Below are positions 25,309-39,100 of a stretch of 64,000 bases of DNA, piece by piece. The first letter of the stretch is position 1. Each line of letters starts with the position of its first letter. The position numbers were made by a program, and so were the translations under genes. A model generated the notes under the pieces. That model searched no databases, had not been told where the DNA came from, and was given only the letters and a program-made list of their open reading frames with translations. The DNA comes from Intoshia linei (Eukaryota > Animalia > Orthonectida), in the NCBI GenBank assembly GCA_001642005.1, contig LWCA01000057.1:1-64000 (forward strand), given 5' to 3'.

Positions 25309-27543
25309 ATTACGTATGTAAAATTTTACATGTATACAAATGTTTACATGTAAATTAAAATATACAAATTGTATAGTACAATTGTATTTACAAACTTTAA
25401 ATATTCATTTAAACCTTCAAATATGGTTGTTTTTAAGGTTTATATTTGAAACAGAAGACTTAATCTGAAAAAATACAACGAAACATTATTTTCCCATTTC
25501 AGGTCTAAAATTTAGAATCGAACTGTAAATAAACTAAATTCTGGGATTATTATTTTTTCGATATGATTTATGTAGAAGCATGTCAAAAATATAACAAAAA
25601 ATGGTCTTGTAGTTCAGGTATTCTGAATGTAGTTGGTGTGAACCTGAGATTCACAGATAAAATTTTCGTAACATTTTTTTATGTACAAATATGCATTATT
25701 TTGAAAATGAATTGGAAAAATTATTCAGAGGTCGAGTCTCAGAATTATATTACATAAATATATAAATTCCATTTAATTAGGTTTCTAGTAAAAGTAAGAA
25801 ATCAGTAAATATGTCCGAAACATGAAATACAATAATTAGGATGTGGATTGAAAGTAAACTTTAAAAGGCAAAATAAAGTAATGAGATAAAATAAAATTGT
25901 TAATGTGTAAGCCTCAATCAAATATTTAAATTTAATTATTGGAATATTAATTTATGGATATACAGACAATCTTTATTTAGATGATAAATTAGAGCTATAA
26001 ATAATTTAAGATGAAAATAAATGAATTATCATAAATCATTAGTTTGCTCAATATTACTATATTCCAGAGTATTATTGCAGTAGCCTTCAAGCGATATATA
26101 GAATAACAAAAATGTTAATATGTACTACATGTTAATGTATATTTAAATAATTGTAATGTTCATAATAAGACGGTAAAACAATCCAATATATTTTGATTGT
26201 AAAAGATTTCAATAAGATAACATATAATCAAGAAATTTTATGTAAATTTCTGTATTAGTAAACAACAGTATTTTAAATGTAGTTGATTCAATGGGTCTAT
26301 CGAAACATTCAACCCTAATATGCCCGTTAGGCCAGAGCCGAATCTACCCAACTCGAAGTCACCGAAAATGGAAAAAGAGCCCGCAAAGCCTCGCCCTCGG
26401 CAGAGTTAGGTTTGTTTGTACAAAGTACATAACAGTCAAGCCAGTGATATAAAATTCTAGGACCTTTTTCATTTTTAAAAAAAAGATAATTTGTGGTTTT
26501 GACTGAGGTGTGCATTTCTGAGGCTGATATTTACGACAATATTAATGATTTTAATACGAGTCCCTGTATTTATGTTTTATTAAATTTTTGAGCTAATTTT
26601 TTTTTAAACAAAAGGGCAAATTGGATTTTTGACCCTGAAGGAATCAAAATCGGAAACTAAAAATAGACATCAACAACCCTACGAGAAACTGTATAAAATA
26701 TGGGTTTTTTAAATTCTATGACTGTTAATATTTTATATACAAAAAAAATTTTTTAAATTTTGAATTTTGTTTGTCAGTAAAAAATTAATGGTAATAATAA
26801 TACTTTCCAATATAAAAAATATTTCTTAGTACGCAAATAAAAAAATTATAATACATTAATACTATTTGAAAATTCAGGCCAATAAATATACATTGTATAT
26901 TGTATATTATACAATGATTATTGTGCAGCTAAGTTAATACTTTTTTGAAAAAGTGTGTATTGTAAAATAATAAAAAGTTAGAAATTTACAAAACTACAGA
27001 ACATAGGTTACATGCTACATAATTGATTTCAGGAGTTAGGATTGTAAATATAAAATTTGTAAGTTAAAGATAATGTGTTTGACTTTTAAAAAAATTGAAT
27101 CTGTATCAAACCAATAGTGACAATTGGAAAAATTTAACAAAAACTAGACTTCATTGAAAATTTGGCATGCAAGCGAGGGACATTGGGTATTTAACAAGAA
27201 TAAACAAATAGTATATATCAAAATTACATTAAGTAGGATGAATTTTATTTGAATACAAATATTTGTAAATTTATATTTGTTCAGTAGTCTATTGAAAATC
27301 CCCACAATGTGCGTTTTGTACATTTAACGTAGTAAAAATTTGATTGATTACCTTCGAAACCTGAAAATACCAAGAGATGAAAAGAATGAAAGTAAATGCG
27401 CGTTTTGAATTTTAACGTTACACGAAGCCAATCAATATATACCGTTTATTAAAAGTTTGACGTAACTACATAATTTATACAAAACTAGTAATTGTAACGT
27501 GTGCGCCACTTCAATCATAAATAAATTTGTAATTTTTATTGAA

Positions 27544-30500
27544 ATGTATAGTGATGATGAAGATGGAAATAACAAGCAAAGAGATAAACCTAAAAACGAA
27601 CCTCATAAGATTTTTTCAAAGATTTTTAAATTTTCGGACAGGAACCGAAAAAGCAAAACACCAGACCCAAATTATTTACAACAAAACCATCTCAAACCAG
27701 AATCGCCTTCAAATTTGGAAAGGAACAAATCAATTGGGTTTAGTGTATATTTGGATGAAGATAAGATGAGCCATGACTCTGATAGTACCGATGACGATAA
27801 CAATGTTTCTAATCTATACTCTAACAATTATCCATATCAATGCATCGACGATACTTTTTATAGAGATAGAATCGATTTTGGGCCTAGAAATGAAAATATT
27901 ATCAATAGACGACGTACAATTAACAGCACTGTCACCGATTATTTTGGTCCAACAGCTGTAGGCCCACATCAAGTTTATATTGACACACAACAATACAATA
28001 TTTCTTCTAAATCTCTCACTTTTAGTCAATCTTTGAGATCCTATCGCCCTCCCAAGATAATAAACAACTATCTCATTTGTGGTCTTTTAGGCTCCGGCAC
28101 TTTTGGTACAGTTCATGAATGTATTCATATTTATACTCTCAAGAAATGTGCAGTCAAAATTTTTGACGAGAAGCGTGTGCAAAGGATGATAAATGGTAAA
28201 AAAAATATTGAAAGGTTTTTATTATTTTATCTCAATGCTATTTTTAAATTAATTTCAAAAATTCACACATCTTGAAATTTATCGTATATTATTTGCGTTT
28301 GCTCATTTTTTCAATGTCAAAAAAATTAGTACAATGAATTAATTTATTGCAATACATTATTATATTACATAATGTAGGTCGGATTGGTTTTTATAATTAG
28401 TATCTGCGATCTATAGTACTATAATTTGCAAAATTGTATTTTTATGATTTATGAAATTTTTATAGCACTAATGTTTACTTTTAGCTCAAATCCATACATT
28501 GAAAATTTTACTTTTATGTAGACTTTGTTGAAACTGTTATATTACTTTTTATAACTATTTAAAATATTGGAAAGTGTCGCAGTTGTGTCTTGTTCTATTT
28601 ACATAAGTAAAATACTTTGTAAACCTTAAAATATAGCTATTACATGTATTTAATATTGCGATTTATAACTTTTACGTTGATTTTTAAATTAATGCTGTTT
28701 GTACAAGTCAAGTACAGATGAACATTTTTTAACTTTTTTCATTTTAGACGCGCACATTTTATTACATTTATAATTGGAATTCATAGATGTAAATAAATAA
28801 ATATTTTTTGTGAATCTTGGAATAATTATCGTTCCATTTATAATTGAAAAGTTTCATTATATTATTATTTCTAGCACCTAGTACATGTTCTCTCAGTATT
28901 CCTTGTTGAATATTTTATATCTCAAATTTGTTTGATATATTTATTATTGCAATTTAGTTAAGTTTCATCACACCAGTGCCAATTTATTGTTATGTAGTAC
29001 TAGTTCAGTTGAGACTTTTCTTTGACCCAGATTCAGAACTACCGTAGCGGAGACTCTTTCGGCTTCTTAGAAATTTTTGTAAAATGGGGTTCATTTTTCT
29101 AATTTCAGCATTGCAAAAATATTTTTCAACATCATATCTGTCAACTCCCGGCTAGGGTATATGACAACAGACCATTCTAAATGAAAGGATAACATTAGAA
29201 AAAAATTTAGTAAATTAGCAACACGTCAAAAAATTTTCACTCCAACAGAGGAAAGCTGAAAAACCTCAGGCTACCGCTGAATTAAACAGTGGTCCCAATT
29301 CAAATAGTGTATAGACTCCCATTTCAAAATATTTATTTTTTTAGATCACAAAGGAAACATGAAATATAAAACATTTATGAAAAAATTAAACGTTTTTTCT
29401 CATAAGATTTGGTAAAATCGTTTTTTTTTTTAAAAAAATATTGGAAAAAGGGGATTTTTCCGTTAAACTTTAAGGGTTGATAAAATTGGATGTTTTATTT
29501 TGTGGTTTGATTAGGTGAATTTTTCTCATAAGATTTGGTAAAATCGTGTTTTTACTTGAGGTTTTGAAATGGTATTTTTTATTAATGGTTGGATAAAAGT
29601 GGGATTTTTCAAATAATAATGTCGCAGTTGTCTAGGATTTTGGACAAATTCCCAACATCTTGCTACTCTGTTAATAAGTACAGATTAAAAATAAAAACAA
29701 ACAAAAGTTGATAAAATTTTTTTTACATTTTATTTAAATTTCACGGACCACATGTATATAGTTTTGAACCGCCAATCGGGAATCACTGGTATAGAGGAAC
29801 CATATTTTTTAATTTATATCTAGGGAAGTACAATTTTCCTCTGACCCGGTTTCAATGTTGGCTCTCCCAGATTATGTGGCATTGTATCAACTCAAAATTT
29901 TTGATAATAGGGTATCGATCTTGGTAGGTTCGGCGCTGGTGCGCTGTATTGAAATATTATTTCATATCGAGTTGGTCTCATGGAGCCACCGACATAGTTA
30001 TAGATACATAAGTCTAGTTTCTTAAACGTAAATCTTGATCTTTGTTAAATAATAGTAAAATTTATCAAACAGTAATTTGAGCTACAACTAAGTATAATGG
30101 AACTAAATGTATGAATATTTTCTCTTTTTTAAAATTTTAAGTATAATTTAGACTAGATTTTAGTTGGCATTTATGTTTTAAATTCAAGGATGGTTATTGT
30201 AAAATTTTTATTTTTAAATTTAATTTAATTTAGAGAATTGGCTTCTCTTGAAAAAATTAAAAATCCATACATTATTTGTTTGATTGATGTTTATCGAGTT
30301 TCAGAAAAAAATAAACTCTACCTTTTTATGGATCACTGTGAAATTGATTTGCACTCTCTTATAGGACTTTGTAACAACGAATCACTATCAGAATGGCGTA
30401 CTCATCGGTTTTTATTATATTTACATGTTAATGTTCATTACTGGGTATGACTATCACTAAAATATCCGAACACGATTGGCTTTGATTTTACGGGGCAAAA

Positions 30501-31897
30501 TATAATGATAAAATTAATTTTAATAAATAAAATATAATATATTACAATATTGTACCAAGGACCGTGGAAAGCCAGTAGTAGGGCCGATCAGATGGAAATT
30601 GTAGGCCCTATAATTTTTTTTTAAAAATGGGATGTCTATACATTCTTTAATCGATCTTTGACATACTTAAGAAATTTTACAACAGTAACTATTAATACAT
30701 TAAATTATTGGGCCTCATGATTGTAGGCCCGGGCCATATTCCCCTGTCCACGGTCCTGGTAATACCTAATAATCATTAGGTAATTTACATATTAAACTTT
30801 TTTGTGTATAAAACATCAGATTCATATTCATAAATTGGATAAAATTCATATTGAATATTCAACCCTTAATATATAAAAATGTAACATTTGTCTCTAACCA
30901 TTTATTTAAAAATCTAAAATGATTTATATAAATCTAAAATTTAATTTCAATTTTTTATTGTAGATATTTTACACAATTAGTGGAAGCTGTCGAATATCTC
31001 CACAATATATACATAATTCACAATGATATCAAACCGTCCAATATTTTAATTACTAGGGAAAATTGTATAAAATTGGCCGATTTTGGAACAGCAACAGTAA
31101 ATTTTTAATCGTAAAATATGATTTATTTTAGATTATAAATAACATGTCCCAAAATGATATGATTAGTAGCAGCGAAGGAACTCCAGCTTTTCAACCACCA
31201 GAAATTGCTCAAGGAAGAGTTAATTATAACGGGTTTAAAATCGATATATGGACTTTGGGAGTTACATTGTAATATTTTATTGACCGAAATTGCATTTAAT
31301 TTTTTGTAGATACTATATGACGACTGGAATGCTTCCATTTAATTCCGAATGTGTATTAGAATTATACAATTGCATAGAAAGGTGCGACTTACAAATTCCA
31401 AATTATGTCGAAAAACACATAGCTGACCTTGTAGTAAATATAATGAAAAAAAACCCTGAAGATCGATTCACCCTATTACAAATAAAGCGTTGCATGTAAT
31501 TTCTGAGTTGATGTTAAACGTTGATAAATATTTTAGATGGTACACAACTGCTAAAAATGTACGGGAAGACAATGTTTGCATAGAAAAAAAAATGGAGGAA
31601 TGCGATTCGATAAACAATTTCATAATACACTTTCGGCAGCATTTAAATTATTGCAAGGAAAACAACATAAAAATTACCCATAACAACATGGATTTGGGTG
31701 CATCAAAAATAAACTGTAGAACTGAATTGCCCGATGTATATGACCCGCGTCTAGACGAATCGTTAACTGTGACACGTGAAACAAGTCTCGGCAACACATC
31801 TACTGTTGCACTGTCCAATGAAATTATTGAAACTCAAACTAAAAGAAAAAGCATTAAAAGTGATGGAAAATCGACGGGTAGTTGTAGAATTTTGTAA
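27544..31897 (+). CDS. STK11: Serine/threonine kinase STK11/LKB1/PAR-4 (~553 aa; exons 27544-28214, 30234-30407, 30964-31096, 31132-31268, 31310-31495, 31537-31897)
   Basis: Motifs [67 protein letters not shown]...GFKIDIW, and a C-terminal CaaX (CRIL*). All introns are GT-AG and frame-consistent. Confidence 0.9.
29287..29788. mobile_element. MITE with internal minisatellite in LKB1 intron 1
   Basis: Ends cagtggtcccaattc / aatcgggaatcactg with internal ttggtaaaat..ttttt tandem units. A homologous start occurs at ~52029. No clean TSD. Confidence 0.55.
30556..30758. mobile_element. Short MITE in LKB1 intron 2
   Basis: Ends caaggaccgtgga / tccacggtcctg. A homologous start cagggccgtgga occurs at ~44992. 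Confidence 0.6.
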
Positions 31898-32092
31898 ATA
31901 TACCAATACCTGTAATCATTTTAACCACAAATTTTATATTGGAAGCAATTTTAACTCAAAATTTTTGTAAATTGTATCTTGTAAATGAAATTACAAGATA
32001 ATAATAAATGTAAATGTTTCCCGAGATATTGTATTGTTATGCGTTACCTGTGTTTATTGATTATATGATCACATCTGGATTGTTCCTGCAAT

Positions 32093-33025
32093 ATGGATAC
32101 TGTCGATAAAGAGTAACATTTTAAATGGTTAAATTTTATTGTTAGACGCGTTAGGTGTATCCTTGATAAACTTACTTATAGCCAGTTTGAAGAGTTTTCT
32201 GAAAAACAGTATCCTCTGGACAAGGAAAAAGTTGAAATTTTTTTATTTACTACTGGGTTAATTTAATTTTTAATTTAGAAAAATCAACTAATCAAAGAAT
32301 TGCAGGATAAACATTACAAAAACTACATGAATAAGGTATTAGAGGCTCAAAACTCTAGTGATGTTTGTTTGAGTTCTATATGTAGTGATGAACATTCTGA
32401 AAGTATAAATGTTGAGGATTCAAACAATAGTGATCTGTGTTCTCCAATAACTTTACCTGAAAAACATTTTGCAATACCAAAAATATGGTATACGGGTGAT
32501 ATAAATACTTTCAAGCGCGAACTGAAAAACTCTAATGATCGAATCACCATTGCATGCCTTTCCTATGCCATGGTACTTTTTTCCGAATAAATTGTAAATT
32601 TTTAGATATCGGTACCAACGTATAATAAAAAAAACACAATATTTTGGGAATTTGCAAGTGATCACTATGATATTGGATTTGGGTTGTATTTTGAATTTAA
32701 TGATTCTCCACCCGATAACATCGAAATTTATTATGCAGAGTCGTCTGATAATGAATCTCAAACAGACGACGATGTTAATTCTACTGAAAACGAGTCTTTT
32801 GTAAATAATTCTAGAGAAAATGATAAAAAAATCAGCGAAATTATACCACTGCGGAGGGTACTTAATTTTTGAATATTTTATACAATTACTTAGATAGAAT
32901 CTCACCGTAATATACAATGCGGATCTCATGAATATCCTTCAAAGGGGACGTACATGTTTAAATTTGACAACTCATACTCATTGTTTCGTTCAAAATTGGT
33001 TTATTTCAGAGTTTTTTCTACGTAA
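32093..33025 (+). CDS. ACBD3: ACBD3/GCP60-like Golgi adaptor (Q domain + GOLD, no ACB domain; ~260 aa; exons 32093-32112, 32146-32230, 32279-32572, 32606-32857, 32894-33025)
   Basis: TYSQFEEFSEKQYP..LIKELQDKHYKNYM resembles the ACBD3 Q domain. VPT..IFWEFASDHYDIGFGLYFE and GSHEYPSKGTYMFKFDNSYSLFRSKLVYFRVF match the ACBD3/TMED8 GOLD domain. Confidence 0.87.
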
Positions 33026-33173
33026 TTGACTCATGTTTGTTGTAATTAAAATGTACCTATGAATTCAAAATTATTGATTTTTATATGTTTATTTATGCCA
33101 TGCTTTTTTTGTTTAACAATTATATTTTCTCAATTAAATCACAAAGAAAGTGTTACTCGTTCAACAAGTATAC

Positions 33174-36100
33174 ATGTCTAATTCATTAAATGAAAAGCAT
33201 GCCGAACATGTTACAGAATATTTGACTACAGGTCCGAGCATAATACATTTAATATTTGATTCATTTATTAGATGATCGTATAAACATAGATTTGAAAAAA
33301 CAATATCTCAATAAATGCAACCAGGTTGGGTGTTATACTGTTGGAATTTTATACAGAAATTGCATGGTCCAGAACCTTGAAATAATTAATAGAGGATTTC
33401 GTCTCTTAGAATTTCAAGTGTTGTGCAATTTTTTGGGGGTATCCTGATTTATGACATTGTCTTTATAATGAAACGTTTTAGCTGAGTAAATACATCAAAA
33501 CTGTAAATCTGGCAAATAATTGGATCAATGAGCCATTTAGTGGGCATATAGTCAATCTTATGTACAAAAATGTTAATATAAAAGTGTGGGTAATGATTGA
33601 TAAATTTAAAAAATATTCTTTTGATACAGAATCTTGCGGGAAATCGATTTGGCGATGAAGGGGTCAGAAGGATTTGCAATGCTGTATCAAACTGTCATCA
33701 TATTGAGTATTTAAATTTAGAAAGTAATTTTATGATGAGTATTGGTTTTTTTTAATTTAATTATTAATTAATCAATTTTTTTGATTTTTATACTTTAAAT
33801 ATTACATTTTTTGACTTGAAAAACATTCATATTGCATATTTCAATCAGAATTCACTGATTCAATTAATCAAATTACAATTAATATAATAAATCAATAATC
33901 TTTTAATCAAATCAATAATTCTATAATGTACAACGTAATATATTTAAACAACACATGTATCAAATTAATAGATTGTCAATTGAAAGAATCTGATTCGATG
34001 TACATCGCCTCCATGATTGCGGTTTTAAATTTATACTTCAGAAATATTGATTTTAGAGTAGTAGCTTCAGCTGGGACCATAATATTTTAATGATTATTTT
34101 TTAGAGAGTAGAAACATACAAGAACTTGCTTCGTCTAAAAAATTTTTAATTATAGTTTTGTCAGAAAATCACAAATTTTTTTTAAATTTATGCCATGATT
34201 TCATTGTAGACAGATTTGTAGACAGACAGATTTTAATACAATATTATAATTAATCCTTTACTTATATATTAATAAATGAAAATTATTACACATATAACAT
34301 ATTTATTATATATATTTTACATATTTATATAAATGTCTGTGTGTGTTTTTGTGTGTAACTATTTATTGAAAACATTGACAGTCACACGTTTTAAAACCCA
34401 CTTTCTAGTACAGTTTTACCCAGGACGTGTTTTTATCCATTTTTCAATTTTAGAATTTAAGTTCTTCAGGGTCAAAAACCCCATTTTTCCTTTTGTTTAA
34501 AAAAATAAAACCAAAAATTTAATAAAACATATACTCTGGAACGCATATCTTCATGATCAAAACTACAAATTACCCTTTGTTTTAAAAATTTAAAATGTCT
34601 TAAAATTTTTTTAAACATAAATTCTGGGATAATTTTTAAAATCATAAACATTATCATAAATGGAAACCTCACAAAAAATAATTTTCACGATCAAAACCAG
34701 ACATAACTATATTTTTTTTTAAATGAAAGCACCCTTGAAATTTAAAAAAATTTCAGATGGCACAGTTGTATTCTGTTAAAACATACAGACATTTCAATCT
34801 GAATAAGTGACGACTTCACGGTCAAAAAAGTTGTTTAATATTCATTTTTTTTATTTTGAAATTATTTTATTAACAAAAACAAAAAATTTGAAATAATTAA
34901 TGGTCCGAAAATTAAAAAAAAAAGATTACTCTGATAGACCTTATTCGAGTTGATATGGACAAAAAATTTCATCCCCAGAAATCTATGCAATTCCGGTGAT
35001 TAATAATTTATATTATCAAGCAATATTTTTCAAATATTTGCATTAACAATTTGGCAGAGCTAGGTGCTGTTTATACGAAGTATATAATAGTCAACTTAGT
35101 ACAATATAATAACCTGTATAATTAATAATTATACAATTCTGAAAATATTTTTAGTTATTTTTCAAAATTGGGGTTTTTGGTCCTGAACTTAAGGACCTTA
35201 AGATGTTTGTTTCTGAGACTGAAATTTATAATAAGTATCTTATAATTATAATTACATTATAATTCAATTTCTTTTAAAACATGTAATACAATTTGTATTT
35301 TTTAATTCTTGGTTTTAATTAATTTCTTATGAGTTTTGATTGAATATCTTCTGTGTGCCTCTAATATCTTATGTATGTTCCAATTTATTTCAAAAATTGA
35401 AAACCCAAGACTTAAAAATTTTTAATTCTCGGTTAATTTTTTTCTGAGGAAGCAAATAATATCAAATTCAATTTGATAAAATTGCTTCTTCACGGTCAAA
35501 ACGCAAACTCAAAAAAAGACAGTAAAAACTAAGTCTTTGAATTTAAAAAAAATCATACATGTTAGTTTTATAATATTTCTTTTAATTGATTAAACCAATT
35601 ACTGTAAAAGGTTGCTTATTCATGAAATAAAAGTAGTGATGTATATTGGTAAATTAAACCGACTTCTATTAGAAATTTATAATATGAGTTTTTTATCATT
35701 ATTATAAATTGTTCTCAGAATTTATTGTTAAACGATTTTTCACGATTAGTATTAATTTCCACATTACAGGTTGTAATTTTCACTCGCATGGGTTTGTTTG
35801 TTTTTCACTATCATTAATGTATAAAAATATTTAATAAAATCTTAGAACTCAAGTTCATTAAATGTTTTAAATATAAGCAACAATTTATTTGGAGTCGAAG
35901 GATCGAAAAATATTGCTCTAGGTTTGGGTAATATCTTTTATTTTCTAATCTGCAATGTTTTCATTTTACATTTAAATTTTTAATGTAATATAATAATTTG
36001 ATTTAGTGTAGATTATATCGTGGTGGTTAAAGTGTCTATTTTTAATTAAATTTTTGTGATAATCTTCAAAAATATATAATTGAAAATTGTTATATTCTGT

Positions 36101-39100
36101 TATTAATTTTGTAAAGATTTAATTTTAAGGTGGTAAATAATATATCTGCCAACTAATGAAAAATGAATTTTTGCGAAATATTAAATAACAGACTTACACC
36201 TATTGCATTTCATCTACTCATGCGGCAAATAAATATTTTGATTATCTGTAAAATTGTAAATATCCCCTATTTTTAGAATTTTTATAAAATATTTAAAATT
36301 AAATTGGTTTAAAAGTTTCCTTTAAAAAATAGAGAAGAGAGTTTTGTCCTTATATTTATAGTTACTTTAAGATAATTATGGTTTATTTAATTTTAAAAAT
36401 CCCTACGTAGACCCGCGGTCTTAACGTGCTACGAATTGATTTGAATGGTTGCAATAAGAACATTAAATTGTCCAAAAATAAGAAAAATTAAAAATTTATA
36501 TAATAATATAATGGTTTTGCAAAAACAGTAAATAATAGTTATTATTTTTCAAAAAAATAAATATTTTGAAATGGGCCTCCTTACACTATTTAAATCGGGA
36601 ACCACGTAAGCTATTATGGTAAATGTTTAGTTTACATAATGTCAATTTAACTAAAAAATTATCAATAAATATAAGCAGTGTACTGTTTTAAAAAAGGTAT
36701 TATTGGATCTTGTTACTACACCTGTTTTAATTTTAATATCAGTGATTTTAATTTAAATCGAAAAAGTTGTATCTGTAGAACACATATCCACGACTGGCCA
36801 CAGGCCAATAGTCATCCATGTTATGTAAAATATAAATAATTATATTTATTTTGATAGTTAAAAACAAAAGCCTAACAAAATTAAATGTAAGCACAAGTTT
36901 TGTTTCAGGATTTGGAGCAACATCTTTGATTAAAGCTATTGATGTATAAATATCTTAACCAGTGTTTCTTAGCCGTGGGCTAGACCCCACTGGCGGGCCT
37001 TCGATATTTTGATAAAGCCTGAGAAATTTCACGAATTTATTCAAATTATGAAACTTTAGATTAATCTAATGTCAATTCTGTACAATACTAGCTTGACTTT
37101 TATGTAATTCGTTCAAACAGTAGCTAGTTCTGCAAGTAGGATTTTTAAGTTAGATTTTCGACGTGAATTTATTTTTTAAGTATAATAAAAATGTGCCCTC
37201 GGTAGAGCTAGGTTCTGTTTGTACGTAGTACATAACAGTCAACCTAGTGTTTTATAAAATGCTGTAATTTTTTAAATTTTTCAAAAAACGGGTCATTTGG
37301 AGGTTTAAGCATGAAGATGTAAGTTTCTCAGGTTGAGATTGACGACAATAATAATTATGTTAAAACAAGTCCCAGAATTTATGTTCTTTAAAATTCTAGG
37401 ACTGATTTTATTATTTATTAACAAAACACATAATTTGTATTTTTAATCATAAAGGATCAATTTATGAAAATAAAATTTGCGATAATATAACTCTACAAAA
37501 TTTATTAGAAATTGATGTTTTTTAATTTTAGGACTTATTATTAACATTTATTCAAACGGTAACAAACACTGACATTCAATTTTATATAAGTAAAGGATTA
37601 TCATGTGTCATACCCAATATTAAGAAAAACTGTAAGAATAGCCAGGTTCAGTGATATCATTAATTCTATAAAATATATCTTATATTAGCTCGACTTTCGA
37701 CAATAAAAGCTTTCGATTAGTAATTTAGTAGAAAATTATAGTTTTATTAAAAAATAATCACTGAATTAATAATAATTCTTTTTTGACTGTTATATCACCC
37801 CAAAAAATGTCTTAACGGTCATTTTTTGGTGAAGTGGGGCTTAGCATAAAAAAGACTGGGAAACACTGATTTAAACTAAGAGTATATTGAAAGTACCAAA
37901 ATTGGGAGTAATCTTACAATATTTAATAATTTTATGAAATTAAAAATTTATAATTAAAAAAATGGAAAATTAATTAAAAAGTACTTTTAACTTTTAAAAT
38001 CTAATCAATATATATAATATCTATTAAATTGGTATAATTATCAATTCTATTTAAAGGAATGCATGACATTGAAATGGATAGATTTATCAAGTAATACAAT
38101 AGGTAATGATTTTAAAAATGCAAATAAAAAAATGTATTAATTTATTTAATTTTAGGTAGAATTGGTGCAAGAGTTATATCTGAAGTATTGGCTGATAATT
38201 CAAGTTTGATGCATTTAAATCTTTCAAATACGCGTTTGTGCGTTCAATCAATGCTATTATTATCAAGTTCATTTAAAACTAATCAAGGCTTAAAATATAT
38301 TAATGTAAAATTATTTATATATTTTATAATACAAATATTAATCAATTAGGTAGTAACGTTTAAATTTTATGGTCTTGGAAAGATTATATATATTGTTTTA
38401 CTTTATTTTTTGATGCAGTATAATCCTGTTTTAAGACATTATATCAATACTATAGATATATTTATCCTGTTAATGTAAGGTAGGTGGTGCTGTATTAGGG
38501 GCCAAACGCATATAATGTATTTAAATTGGAATTATTATATTATGTTTATTAAATATTTCTATTCATAATAATAATTTATTTTTTTATTTTTTTTTCTAGT
38601 TTTTATTCTACTAAATTTTTCAATGTTGACATTCAACTATTGAGTTGTTCAACTGCATCAAAATCGACAATTCCGGTAAGTTATATTTCGATTATGAACA
38701 ACGTTAAGTCCGATAATTTAACTTAAACTTATGTTACTAACATAAAAAATAATACATAGATTAATGATAAATGATCATTATATACATAAAACGTAAACCG
38801 TTAGTCCTAGAATTTTTTTTTAATTTTTCACAATATTAATACACAAATTGAAATATTTTAGGGTCATATTTGTCACCAAAGAGGGCCTGCACTCACCTAC
38901 ATTCGCTATTGGCTGTCTCATACATATTTTGCTCCAATTTACTTCGATTTTGGAGTACGTTTGTTAAATAATGATATAGTGCAGTGGTTGTAGGCACGGA
39001 TTTTTATTTCTATTTATATTTCTTCCCTGTCTGAATATACAATTAAAAAGGTCAAAAAAATAAGGGATCCGTACTCCATTGGAATCGGGAACTACTGATG

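Noticed and set aside
27499-27543. GTG-initiated N-terminal extension of LKB1 in the ORF track
   Set aside because: Artefact of prokaryote-style start calling; the first ATG is at 27544.
29385-29620. Regularly spaced short repeats resembling a CRISPR array
   Set aside because: Units are degenerate and contiguous with no unique spacers or cas genes; this is a eukaryotic intron minisatellite in a MITE.
32014-32109. 31-codon hydrophobic ORF overlapping the ACBD3 start
   Set aside because: It starts only 5 nt after the putative LKB1 polyA signal, has no recognisable homology, and such ORFs are expected by chance in AT-rich DNA.
32453-32929. 158-aa antisense ORF over ACBD3 (and similar antisense ORFs over INSM, LKB1 and NK2.1)
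   Set aside because: These are shadow ORFs of real coding exons with no independent features.
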